A stretch of DNA of 63,383 nt, filler included, from Reticulomyxa filosa (taxonomy: Eukaryota > Protista > Foraminifera): assembly GCA_000512085.1 (NCBI GenBank). It is 11 parts of 11 records of this genome, joined end to end, with 100 filler letters (N's around TTAATTAATTAA, not from the genome) between each part and the next. Parts side by side here need not be neighbours in the genome. Positions count along the whole stretch, not along the records: positions 47,195 to 60,557 come from ASPP01002230.1; positions 60,658 to 62,187 come from ASPP01012918.1; positions 62,288 to 63,383 come from ASPP01023980.1; 8 more parts are not named here. The stretch is one strand, 5' to 3'. Of the stretch, positions 52,814 through 63,383 are shown piece after piece. Under the pieces are notes generated by a model. That model was not told where the DNA came from, did not search any database, and was given only the letters and a program-made list of their open reading frames with translations. Each line of letters opens with the position of its first letter. Positions within the stretch are counted from its first letter, which is position 1. The position numbers and the translations under genes were made by a program.

Positions 52814-53010
52814 CATTAAGTTGCAAATAAAACTGAACGCCTAAAACGATATCTTATGATGATAATTGATTTTCTCAATGAAAAATCAACATTTATACCT
52901 AATTTTTTTTTAAAATATCTACAAGTCTTGTAGTTTTTAAATATGATATTGATTTTTTAATAAATTTTTTTGTTGTTGGATGAAATCAACATTATTTCAA
53001 ATGATTTTTG
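52814..53010 (+). mobile_element. MITE-like element, copy 3
   Basis: TA|CATTAAGTTGCAAATAAAACTGAACGCCTAAAACG...AAATATCTACAAGTCTTGTAGTTTTTAAATATGA is closely similar to the reverse complement of 1-163. Confidence 0.7.
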
Positions 53011-53551
53011 AAAATTCTGCGAGAATGCGTATCATTTATGCTTGATTACGGAATCAGCTTGAGTCAAGACTGTCCGAACAGTACGAAGATATAACATTAA
53101 AATTGTTTGGACATAGACAGACTAGACGTACTTTGACTTATTCGTCACACCTATCATTTCCAGCATGGCTCATACGAGATTAAAATGAATATCCACAAAT
53201 ATAGAACGCTGATTATATAAACAATCAAGGATATCACCTGAAACAAAAAAGTTTTGTAACAAGACTTCACGTGTTTTGTGCGTTCATATTTATTACTTAT
53301 TGAAGTCACCAAAGTGTTCATTTCATTTGATTTTTTAAAAATTTTTTGTCACTGGCCAAATTTAGCGCGAAAAGTTTTATGTCGTTTAATTACAGTTTGA
53401 AAGAAGTGCTTTACTCATTTGAAGCCAGCACGTTGTGTGGTACTTTTTCACATAATTGCCCAAAGTTTAAGTGTGCCAGATGAAAATAATATGTTTTTAG
53501 TTTGCACAACGTAAAGAAAACAAGAACACATAAATGAAGAAGCGTCATTGT

Positions 53552-55859
53552 TTATTTTTCATTGTGAGACAGTCTGGCGACAGTTTCACGCAGCCATTCA
53601 TAAAACGGCAAGACAGAGCTAATAAGCAATTTTTCATCAGTGCTGTGGGCGCCGTCAATGTGAGGACCGATGCTTACACAATCCATCTTTGGATACTTGT
53701 CCTATGTTGTTTCATCAATTTCGTCTTCTGCAAAATAAAATTAAAAAAAAAAAGAGAAAAAAAAAACTTTGATAAGGCCGCACTCCAATCCAGCATGAAC
53801 AGCATAAATTTCAGGCTCTTTATCAGAATTCAGAGTTTTGTAAGCACTAACAGTTTCAGCTAGCAGCGTAGAACTAGTATTTGGTTCCCATCCTAAAGTA
53901 TATTTCAATATATTATTGATATTGCGATCAGATCATCAGAATCAAAAAAAAGCCAAACAAGCAAACAAAAAAAAAAAGTGCAAGCAAAAAACCTGGAAAA
54001 GTATCAGTCATCGGACTTCCAACGCAAAGACAAGTGTCGTTTTTCGCTTTTGCAAAATTGTTAATGCGAACAATTGCATCCAGCTTTTTGTTAGTTTCGA
54101 TCATTTCGGCCATGGAAAAGGATCGTCCAAACAAGAGCAACTGCACCTGACCAGCTTGATGATTCCATTTCAGCAGCGAAAATGCAATGGAGGTTTGCAC
54201 GACATTGGGCACAGTCGGAGACATTCGCAGCACGCCATGCGGCAACAGCATCATCATTGTAACAATTGACTCGCTACCGTTTTTATCTACCACCTTGGCA
54301 CTTTGTTGTTGTTGTTGTTGTTGGTTATTGAAAAGGGAGAGATCGAAACCATTCACAAAAAAAAAAAAAAAAGAATTGGACACATATATATACATATATA
54401 CATATACGTACCTATAAATATATATGCACATATACATTTATATATGTTTATATACGCACAAAACTTTTCAGGGAAGGTGACCTTGTCTTCGATGTTCAGG
54501 GCCATATTCTTTTCAATATCCTTAAATTCAGGGAGCAAGTTGCTATTCCAAAACTCTTGAATCACTTGGGTGACTTTGGAAACCTCGGTTTTTTTGACCA
54601 CAAGAGTGCAAGAGCATTTTCTAGGGATCGCGTTCATGGCATTGCCTCCAATGCACTCGTAGATGCGAACGTCGAAGACAGTGGGTCCAAACAAGAGTTC
54701 ATTCAGCAAACGGGCTATACAAATAATGGCATTGGCTCGACCTAAATGAATCTGGGATGCCAGTGTGGCCACCGTTCAAATTACTAATCACCACTTGCAA
54801 CCCGACAAACTCGTTCTTGTCAATACTTTCAAATGCCAATTGATTAAAATTTATAGTTTTTGAGAATCCACCTAATGTATCACAATTTTAATTCCATAAA
54901 TAAATAAACATATATATAAATATATATATATATGTATACATATATATACATATATATGTTTATATTTATATGTATACCAGCACAACCAATACAAATTTTA
55001 TCGGTTTCTTCACTATCGAGATTGATCATTTGAACGCTTTGTAAGAACGGATGTTCGGCCAAGTCGATAGCCCCGGCCATCGACGTTTCTTCATCTACGG
55101 TGATGAGTAACTCCAAAGTGCCGTGGCCAATTTTTTCTAACACTGCATCTTCCATGATCGCCAGCCCTGCTGCTATTCCGATCCCGTCATCCGCGCCCAA
55201 CGTTGTTCCCTCTGCTTTCAGCCACTTTTCGTCCACTATTTGCGCCTTTATCCCGTCGTTTTCAAAATCGTGTTTCACATCGTCCGTCTTTGTACATACC
55301 ATATCCATATGGCATTGCATACTCACTTTGCTTTTCTTATTTTTTTTTTTTTTTTTTTTTTTTGCAAAAGTAGGGGATGGAGGCACTCCAAAACTAATTG
55401 AGCTCTATTCTTTTTTTTTTTTTTTTTTTTTTTTCCCTTCCTCCTTATTCTTTACTCTTTTTCAACAAACTTCGTCGCAAAACTTTTTCAAAGCCAGTAG
55501 TTGCGCTTTTGCGCAACACTATATTTCCAATCTTATCTTGGGTGTATTCTACCCCAATTATTTTTGCTGTCTCAGCAATTGCTGCCTGAATTTGTTTTAA
55601 TTTACTACTGGGTCTGCGATGGTGTTCAAACACAAATGTACACAATACACACGTATTTCAATGGGCTAATTTGTTCAATTAAATCAAAAATCAAATAAAT
55701 GTAGACTAACCGTGGTGTTTGTAAACACGTCATAAAATGCTTCCATAACAGCTTTGGCTCTGGAAGCTCGGACAACAACTTTTCGTACGCCGGTTGCAAC
55801 TTTACCGTTTTACCCATGAAGTTCATGGGCAATGAGGGTGCCAATCGAGATGTTTTCAT
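53552..55859 (-). CDS. pepD: Cytosol non-specific (Xaa-His) dipeptidase PepD, peptidase M20C, multi-exon; 1-nt frameshift near 54755
   Basis: EPKLLWKHF, QCHMDMV, GTTLGADDGIG, TVDEETSM, INLDSEE, GGHTG/IHLGRANA, GWEPN, VHAGLECG and SIGPHIDGAHSTDE are present. TAA lies at 53552-53554. Confidence 0.9.
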
Positions 55860-56380
55860 TCTTTTTCCGACTCTAAAGAAATTGTTTTTATACTTTTTTC
55901 CTTCAAATTACTCAACGTGAACGACAGGCACAACCTAAAAGTTTGACCGAGACTAGTCTAAAAGTTATGCGAACTTGTAACTTTTTCCTTTGTGAAACGA
56001 GCTATGGGACGCAAGCAAAAATACTCGTTTTAAACTAATTATTTTCATGAACACGTTTGTTGATTTACAATAAATTTACTATTGCACGACAGAGATAACT
56101 AAAAAAGAGAGAAGCTTAATACGTCACTTTATAGGAAAATGTTGTTATCACTTAAATAAAGAAAGATCCTAGAAAAAAGCCCTCCCTTCCCAAATCGGCC
56201 TATTTGCATATCCTTCATTTCCTTTTTTTTTTTTGTCGTGCAAAACTTGCATTGCAACCTCAACAAGACAAGCGTGTTTTATCACACATATACAATTTTG
56301 TTGAATATGCAATGATTGGTTGGATAATTATTGTAATCTAATTTATTTATTTATTTATTTATTTATTTTGAAGAGATGTT

Positions 56381-56687
56381 TTATCTCTTGCAAAAAATGT
56401 ATTGCTTTATGGACTGTTTGGATTGAAGATTGTCAGTATTGGAGACATCCCAAGTTTTGGATGCGCACTGCATAGTGTCCGCTTTCAAATGTGCTGCGTT
56501 GTCTTCATTGAAGCTACTGGGGTTGAGTTTGACATAATGGTCGAAAGGATTCTTCTGTTTCTTAAGCGGTGGCGGATACACCTTGCCATTCAATAATAGC
56601 AAATCGCACTTGCCATCTGACATTTGACTATAATTGCGTTTACAAGTTTTCAACAATGAGCTACACGTCTCACCATTATTATCATTA

Positions 56688-56754
<67 letters not shown>

Positions 56755-57766
56755 CATTATTATTATCATTGTTATTATTATTATTGCTATTATCATGGTC
56801 ATGAATGCCTGTGTGTTGAGAATTACAACAACTGTGATGTTCTCTGTTTTTTTCTTCTCCCTGTTTCTGAATTCGAGTTGTAGTCAAGTAAGAAAACAGG
56901 GTAGGTTGTTTGAGAGAAAACTCTTTGAAGAACTCATTGGCCAAATGCGGGACTTTGTGTCCACTCACGTAGGTGAGTCCACTCAAGTCGCAAGAGACCG
57001 GGCAGTGGTCGCTGCCTTTTATGTCACTCCAAACTTTTACATCGCACAGTTTCACGAACCACTCACCACCGTTATTACGTATGTCACCCGTGTCACCCCG
57101 TTCACTTACCGTCTCGTCGTTGCTCTGTGCACTCTTGTCAGCAGCAGCAGCAGCAGCAGCAGTTGTTGTTGTTGTTATAGCAGGTTGTATCAACCCACTG
57201 CTTAGACAGATATAATCCAATCGACAGCCGTAATTGGTAGCCCTTGCATTGGATTTATTGTCCCAGCAGGTATACAGCTGTCGAGCCTTTGGAAACAAAT
57301 GTCGTAACGAATCCACCATTTCCAATCCATTTTCTGATTTTCTATTCCACACAAATTGAAACATCGTTTGTTTGTCTCGTTTCTCAAAAAGAAATTATAT
57401 GTATATATGTTCACACAAAACCAAACTTGGAAATAAGGTGAATAAACCACTTTCGATCAGTCCGATCAAAGAAAAATTGCATTGGCCCCGGATCGCAGTG
57501 GTCCCTGGGGGAGTACACTGCGTTGAAATCACCGACCAGAATCACGTGTCTACGTTGCTCGAGCAATTGTTCGAGCACGACGGTTATGCAGTGGTGGTAG
57601 TCCAATTTGAACTTCCACCGTTCCTCCTTGTTCTCCGTACGGTTTGGAAAGTACACGTTCAACAGCACGAAATGCTGGGAGCAGCACAGTTGCCAAGTCA
57701 ACACACAACATACGCGTACGTGCTCGTGTCGAATAGCATTTTTAAACAGAAGGAAATAGATACATA

Positions 57767-57798
<32 letters not shown>

Positions 57799-58317
57799 GT
57801 TGGCTCTTATTTGCAAACTTATTCAATGTAATACAAATATATATATATATATATATTTGTATGTACATTGAATAACTTTGTGGTCTGACATAATACATCG
57901 ACCTTCACTATCCAATTGGAGTATTCGCTTTTCATCGATTTTTACTTTCGTTTTTAATGCCTCGATCAGGTTTGGTATTGTGATGATGTATTCGGGACGG
58001 TTATTGCTTGGTAGCAATCCAGAGAACCCTTCTTGCACTTTTATGGGTACGTAAGTGTGGTGCTTCACGAATGTTGCCACACCACTATAACCCCCTTTTG
58101 TCAGACACATGGAAAAAAATGCGTGGTAGCCCTGGGCCATCGCAACTTCTGCAGTTAGCTTTTCTCTTGTTATTTTCGTTTCTTGGAAACACACAATGTC
58201 ACTTTTAAAAAAGTCCAACAACGCCTTCAAGCGATCTCCTTTCGGTGAGTGACACCAAGGCGCGTATTCTAAAACGGAACGAAGACCATTTACATTCCAT
58301 GAAACCAATCGAAGCAT
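56381..58317 (-). CDS. APEX2: AP endonuclease 2 (ExoIII/Xth family, APE2/Apn2), multi-exon
   Basis: VSWNVNGLR, DIVCFQETK, GYSGVATF, DSEGRC, NVYFP, GDFN, YTCW..ARATNYGCRLDYI, GSDHCPV and the PIP-box-like QPTLFSY are present. Confidence 0.9.
56674..56795. repeat. (AAT)n trinucleotide tract encoding poly-Asn in APE2
   Basis: A long TTA/ATT run on the + strand, in frame within ORF 56381-57364. Confidence 0.9.
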
Positions 58318-58840
58318 TATCGAATACTCACACAAAAAAAAAAAAAATCAACGGGAAGGGGGGGGGATTCCCAAAAGTACGCTACTTACGAAAAAGAACA
58401 ATGAAAAAACAATAAGTGAATTATTAAACGACAAGCGAATGAGGATTTGATATGTTGAGAAAGAACAACAATAGCCAATGGATAATTAAAAAGACTAATT
58501 ATGTCAAAATTCAAAATTCTAAGCCAAGCTATAGTATGCACTCAAAGGAACAAATTACTCACTGAAGTGCAAGAGCAAACAATAATCCGATAACAATTAG
58601 TTATGTTTTGTTTTTTTTTGGAATAAAAATTTGCAGTGTAGTAATTTACTGTGTATGTGAAAATTACGCCAAAAGAAAGAATAGGCTTGCACAAAAATAG
58701 TAAAACCCAAGCATTGTATTTAAGAAATCGATAAAAAAAAAAATTAGAGTCGTAATGACAGAGAAGGGGGGGGGAAAAAAAAAAAAAAAAAGACATAGGA
58801 AAAAAAAAAACAATACAAAAGAGAAAAACAAAACAAAACA

Positions 58841-59406
58841 TCAAAGAATAAGACAACATGAATTTGAATGTGATTTGTTGGAACGGTGAGAAGTATGTAT
58901 TTGCTTGGAAATAAAAAAGTCGTCACTCAAACCGGAATAGTCGAGTGGGGTCTGAAAAGCAGAAGAGAATTCAGTGGGGTCATTGGAATCGGGCTTTCGC
59001 TGAGCCCTTTCCCAGTCCTGACGTTGTTTGTCAAGTAATGTCTGGGCAATACATGTGAACAATTGGCTAATATTATATCCAGTTTTAGCACTGCATTCAA
59101 ATGCCCTACATAATACTCCAGCATTATTTTTTTCGATGCAATAGTTGTGCAGATCATTTTCGGACACTTGTTTGGCATTGACCAAGTCTGACTTGTTGCC
59201 ACACACGAATATCACTACATTGCTGTTGAACTCCAAAACATTGCTTACCCACTCTTGGGCCCCAGTAAATGTCTTTTCGTCGGTACTGTCATAGACAATC
59301 ACTGCCGCTTGAGCGTTTCGATAATACAGTGGAGTCATTGCCTTATATCGTTCCTGTCCAGCAGTGTCCCATATATGCAATACCACTGCCACTGTCTCAT
59401 CATTGC

Positions 59407-59451
<45 letters not shown>

Positions 59452-59833
59452 CATTGTTATTGTTTGAATTCGCAGTCGGCTGTATCTCATTCTTATCACA
59501 TGTGGATTCATCACTTTCGCCTTTCTTTTTCTTCTTTTTATCAACCATTCGGCTTTCCATTCCATTTTCCTTCCTCTTTTTTCCTCCTCCTTTTCTTGCT
59601 GCCTCTTCTTCTACTTCGCTCCCTTCTCTCCCTTTTTCCTTCATCCACTGCTTGCAACTCTCATTCGTCTTTGCTTGTACACGGACTTCTGTGAACGCTG
59701 CCCCTACTGTTGGCGGTCTGTCATTGTCAAACTCGCCTTCACAGAAGCGATATATTATTGACGATTTCCCAACTGCTGTATCACCAAGCATCACTACTTT
59801 AAAGCTTAGATCACTGCGGAGTCTATCCGTCAT
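58841..59833 (-). CDS. Rab5/Rab22-like small GTPase with a ~90-aa insertion between switch I and G3
   Basis: GDTAVGKSS, PTVGAAF, WDTAGQERY, PLYYRNAQAA, GNKSD, ECSAKTG and C-terminal CCLIL* are present. The probable start is MTDRLRSD at 59833. Confidence 0.9.
59404..59465. repeat. (AAT)n tract encoding poly-Asn in the Rab insertion
   Basis: TTA repeats on the + strand, in frame. Confidence 0.9.
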
Positions 59834-60088
59834 TTTGTTTCCTTTTTTTTTTTTGACAAAAATCCCTTTAAATTTTTGTTGAGAACAAGAGCAAGAAGGT
59901 TCTGTTATAAACAAATGTTCCAATTTTTAGTCAGCGTCAATAGAAAAGATGACAGTTTTGGTGTTGAGTTTCGGAAGCGAGATTACTAGTCTTAATTTTT
60001 CAAATGTTAGAAGAAGAATGTTAAAAAAAATAATAAAAAAGACAAGTCTAAGGAGGGGAAAAAAAAAAATTAAAAATGATCCTACAGT

Positions 60089-60463
60089 TTATCCGGTGCA
60101 ACTGAATCGATTGGGAGTTTTGAAATCATACAAGTGATACCAGGCATTGGCACCATACTTGACACCTTGAATGACCGGTTTGGCCTCATGGAATGTGCGT
60201 TTGTCAATTCGTGTGGGTTCATCATCTAAAACACTTGGCCACAAAATAATCCGTCCTTTTTTCGGTTTGATCTGAAAGCCTAATTTTGGAAAGGCCGTTT
60301 CCCCGCCCTCTTCAACATCAGATAAATACAAATACACGGTCAAAATTCTGGGGCCACAAGGCATTGCATTTTGTTCTGGGATGTAATCATGATGAGTTTT
60401 ATAGTACTGTCCTTCCTTATATTGCAATATCTGCAAATGCTCACTGTTATTGGAATGAATGCC
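60089..60463 (-). CDS. Prolyl 4-hydroxylase alpha-like 2OG-Fe(II) oxygenase, last exon (5' truncated)
   Basis: LQILQYKEGQYYKTHHD (HxD), RILTVYLYLSDVEEGGETAFP and HEAKPVIQGVKYGANAW are present. Confidence 0.9.
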   Translation of the reverse strand, partial: GIHSNNSEHLQILQYKEGQYYKTHHDYIPEQNAMPCGPRILTVYLYLSDVEEGGETAFPKLGFQIKPKKGRIILWPSVLDDEPTRIDKRTFHEAKPVIQGVKYGANAWYHLYDFKTPNRFSCTG

Positions 60464-60523
60464 TAATACAAAAAATAAAAAATAAAAAATAAAAAAATTA
60501 GAGGAATGTTCACAATCTAAATT

Positions 60524-60557
<34 letters not shown>

Positions 60558-60657
60558 NNNNNNNNNNNNNNNNNNNNNNNNNNNNNNNNNNNNNNNNNNN
60601 NTTAATTAATTAANNNNNNNNNNNNNNNNNNNNNNNNNNNNNNNNNNNNNNNNNNNN

Positions 60658-61076
60658 TCGTGCATGAGTGGATCGACCAGCGCCCGCTGATCCATCTTCG
60701 CGGATGCCGCTATCCCGACGTTGAGAAGCTCTTTGCCGGGCTCAGACGCTGCGGCAAGACCATCGGCATCTTCTCCGACTATCCTGCCGCCGCGAAGCTG
60801 CACGCCCTCGGGCTTTCCGCCGACCTCATCGTCTCCGCGACCGAGGCGACCGTGAAGATGCTGAAGCCTAATCCTCGCGGGCTGATCCGGCTCATGGAGG
60901 ACGCTGGCGCCGGAGCGGATGAAACGATCATGATCGGCGACCGCGCCGAACGCGACGGCGAGGCGGCCCGCCGCGCAGATACCCTTAGCCTCATCCGTTC
61001 GGCCAAGCCGCTCTCCGGCTGGGCCTGCTTCGCAACGTATCGCGACGATTGTTTCCGTCCGCTTCTCGGGACCTGA
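60658..61076 (+). CDS. Bacterial HAD-family hydrolase, 5' truncated
   Basis: IFSDY (motif II), KPNPRG (motif III) and MIGDRAERDG (motif IV) are present. Codon usage is GC-rich. Confidence 0.85.
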
Positions 61077-61085
61077 GGAGCGGTC

Positions 61086-61448
61086 GTGGTCGCGAAATTC
61101 GCACGATACGCCATAACCGGCGGAATCGCTGCCGTCGTCGACTTCATCGCCTTTCTCTTCTTGCTGACATTCTCCTTGCCGGTCGTCGTCTGCGCGATCG
61201 CGAGTTGGATGGTGGCCGCTGTGGTCAACTATCTGTTGACCAGCCGCTTCGTGTTTTCCCGGCGGCCGAGTCCTTCACACGGGTTGAAATTTGTCGCCAT
61301 CGCGGCGATCGGCCTGAGCATCAACGTCGGCGTCACGACGGTGTGCGCGGACTACCTCTCTGTCGCTCCGGCCTTGGCAAAAGCGCTCGGAACAGGAACG
61401 GCATTCATCTTCAATTTCCTCGCCAACGTACGCATCGTCTTTCGATGA
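61086..61448 (+). CDS. Bacterial GtrA-family membrane protein
   Basis: 120 aa with four TM segments: KFARYAITGGIAAVVD, VVNYLLTSRFVF and FNFLANVRIVF. A GAGGAG ribosome-binding site lies just upstream of the GTG start. Confidence 0.9.
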   Translation: MVAKFARYAITGGIAAVVDFIAFLFLLTFSLPVVVCAIASWMVAAVVNYLLTSRFVFSRRPSPSHGLKFVAIAAIGLSINVGVTTVCADYLSVAPALAKALGTGTAFIFNFLANVRIVFR

Positions 61449-61610
61449 TCGACCGCTCCTCGACCGGTCGACGACGGCGGATCCCGCCGCCGAGTTGGCG
61501 GGCTGTATCTGCGCATTGGTAGTGCTATGAATTCTGGCGAAGGCTGAATGGAATGTCTGATCGGTGGCGGAAGCAAAGACGCCTCGATTGAGGTGGGAGC
61601 TTGGGCGGCC

Positions 61611-62187
61611 ATGCGCATGCGCCGGATTGCGACAAACACTGCGCTGATGGTCGTTGCGGTGGCGGTCGCGCTTATGCTCGCCGAAGCAGCGACCCGCCTT
61701 GTAGCACCTCAGAACATGTCCGGATCGTGGTTCGTCGTCGGCCCTCGCGGGATCATGATAAACCGGGCGTCAGGCACGGCGCGCGATGTCCTCACGCCCG
61801 AGCGCACGGCCTATTACGAATTCAATTCATGGCATCAGCGCGGGCGCGAGGAACCTGACCCGGCGGCAGCACGCGTTCTCATTCTCGGTGATTCGTTCTC
61901 CTTTGGGCTGGGCCTGGCTCTGGACGATACATACGTCCAGTCGCTCCAGCGCAAGTTCGACGAGCTGAAGGGCGCATCCCGGATCCAGCTCCTCAATGCA
62001 TCCGCGGGCGGCTGGGGCACGGCCGACCAGTTGGCCTACCTCGAGGACTTTGGCGAACGCCTCAATCCATCCGCGGTAGTGGTGTTCGTCAACGCCTGGG
62101 ACGTGGCGCGGGCACGCGATCTCGCGGTCTACCAGGTGGACGCGGAAGGTCGGGACCTTTCGGCGACCTACGCCGCCAATCCGGCAC
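61611..62187 (+). CDS. Bacterial SGNH/GDSL hydrolase-family protein with an N-terminal membrane anchor, 3' truncated
   Basis: TM segment ending LAEAATRL, then RVLILGDSFSFG (block I) and LLNASAGGWGT (block II). A purine-rich RBS lies near 61590-61600. Confidence 0.85.
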
Positions 62188-62287
62188 NNNNNNNNNNNNN
62201 NNNNNNNNNNNNNNNNNNNNNNNNNNNNNNNTTAATTAATTAANNNNNNNNNNNNNNNNNNNNNNNNNNNNNNNNNNNNNNNNNNNN

Positions 62288-62327
62288 AGATATGTTTTAT
62301 GCGTTCAGTTTTCTTTGCAACCTACTG
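62288..62327 (-). mobile_element. MITE-like terminal repeat, copy 4 (contig edge)
   Basis: GTTTTATGCGTTCAGTTTTCTTTGCAACCTACTG|TA is nearly identical to 130-165. Confidence 0.7.
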
Positions 62328-63076
62328 TAGCATCACACGAAAGCATAGCAAATATCTTCATTTCACTTGCGTTTTCCTTAACAGTTGAGAACTTTATCGT
62401 CACGTGATTTTGGATTGAATAATCCGACACAGTTGCATTTTGATTCTCCGAATTTATTCAGTCGTAACCGATTATAACGTCAGTCAGATGTTTCAATTGA
62501 TTCGTCATTGTATTTTTATCGTGTCAGTGTCTGCATTGTCAGTTTTAGCTTCGTTTTCTTGTTGACTTGCCGTCTAATTATTTTCTTATACAATATCTTT
62601 TTTTCGATCCTTTTCGTAAACGCTTTCGTTGCCATGATAGGATTCAGATACATGTTCAGCAATTTCTCTTACAGTTTATTTTACTGTCAAAGCGTTGCAT
62701 ACGACTTGTTCGAGTTTTTGCTTAAAAGTTTAACAAATAGAGAGTATATCAAACAACAACTACAAAAGAACGATGCTGCTTTGAGTTTCACAATGACAAA
62801 AAAATTTAAATTTGATAATTCACTCCGTTTTCTTTTTGTAGAAGTAATCAAAGCTGATGTAAAAACACATTGATAAAAAGTGATAGAAGAAGCAATTGCA
62901 CTTGAGCATGTGTAACAACAAACTCTTTAACTGCTGTGTAAAGTTGTTTTTCAAAACATATAGCCAATATATATATGTACATATATATTATTGACGTTTT
63001 CATTAAGTCGTATGAACAAAAAAATATTGAAAAATGTTTTGGAACAACGGGTTATAAAAAAAAAAAAGATGGTTTT

Positions 63077-63383
63077 TTATTTGACAACAAAGACTTTGGT
63101 GTCTAAGAGAATGTCATTACGTTTAATTGTTGGCCAAACAAAATACAAAATATGTGTGGATATTTTGTTGGACCCACTAATCATGATATGTTTATCTTGA
63201 TCAAAGAAAACAGATTGAGTAGGCCTAAATTCAAGAGGCCATAATGACAAAGTATGATCTTGTAATACCATAGTCCAGCAGATTGTACAAGCGGTCTTCA
63301 AGTATGCAGTAACGAGTTCATTATCTTGATCGTCCTGAAGACCTTCTGCTTGCATTTTCTTTTGATACTTGGTGAAGATGAGT
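63077..63383 (-). CDS. Mieap/SPATA18 C-terminal-like domain protein, 5' part outside the window
   Basis: YLKTACTICWTMVLQDHTL...FDQDKH...ILYFVWPTI...TKVFV matches, from recall, the CW.M.xQ.P...FD...VWP..L...KG.V pattern of the Mieap domain. Confidence 0.55.
   Translation of the reverse strand, partial: LIFTKYQKKMQAEGLQDDQDNELVTAYLKTACTICWTMVLQDHTLSLWPLEFRPTQSVFFDQDKHIMISGSNKISTHILYFVWPTIKRNDILLDTKVFVVK

Noticed and set aside
53552-60463. Four co-oriented genes (P4H, Rab, APE2, PepD) as a possible operon or functional cluster
   Set aside because: Their functions are unrelated and the 250-520 bp spacers fit a compact eukaryotic genome. Nothing in the sequence indicates co-transcription.

Overview
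The window is not one continuous locus. It holds 11 unrelated assembly contigs joined by artificial 100-nt linkers (N44-TTAATTAATTAA-N44). Ten contigs are AT-rich, intron-dense eukaryotic DNA. The WD40-family signature and the general style suggest the foraminiferan Reticulomyxa filosa or a relative; this is an inference. One contig (60658-62187) is GC-rich bacterial DNA (HAD hydrolase, GtrA, SGNH hydrolase). Eukaryotic genes: an in-frame S-formylglutathione hydrolase::class III alcohol/formaldehyde dehydrogenase fusion (the standout finding), a small membrane protein, a RAD51 paralog, an ankyrin-like repeat protein, actin, a giant USP9/24/34-like deubiquitinase, a DUF2439-like protein, a TPR-coiled coil-cyclic nucleotide phosphodiesterase, a La-motif protein, a WD40 fragment, a DSD1/D-threonine aldolase-like PLP enzyme, a HECT E3 ligase, a PepD dipeptidase, APE2, a Rab5-like GTPase with a large insertion, a prolyl 4-hydroxylase and a Mieap-like C-terminus. 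Mobile or repetitive DNA: decayed APE-type and RLE-type non-LTR retrotransposons, a TA|CAGTA-terminated MITE-like family (4 copies), a double-hairpin terminal motif (2 copies) and a degenerate interspersed repeat. Exon boundaries were inferred by hand from GT-AG sites and protein motifs and are approximate.
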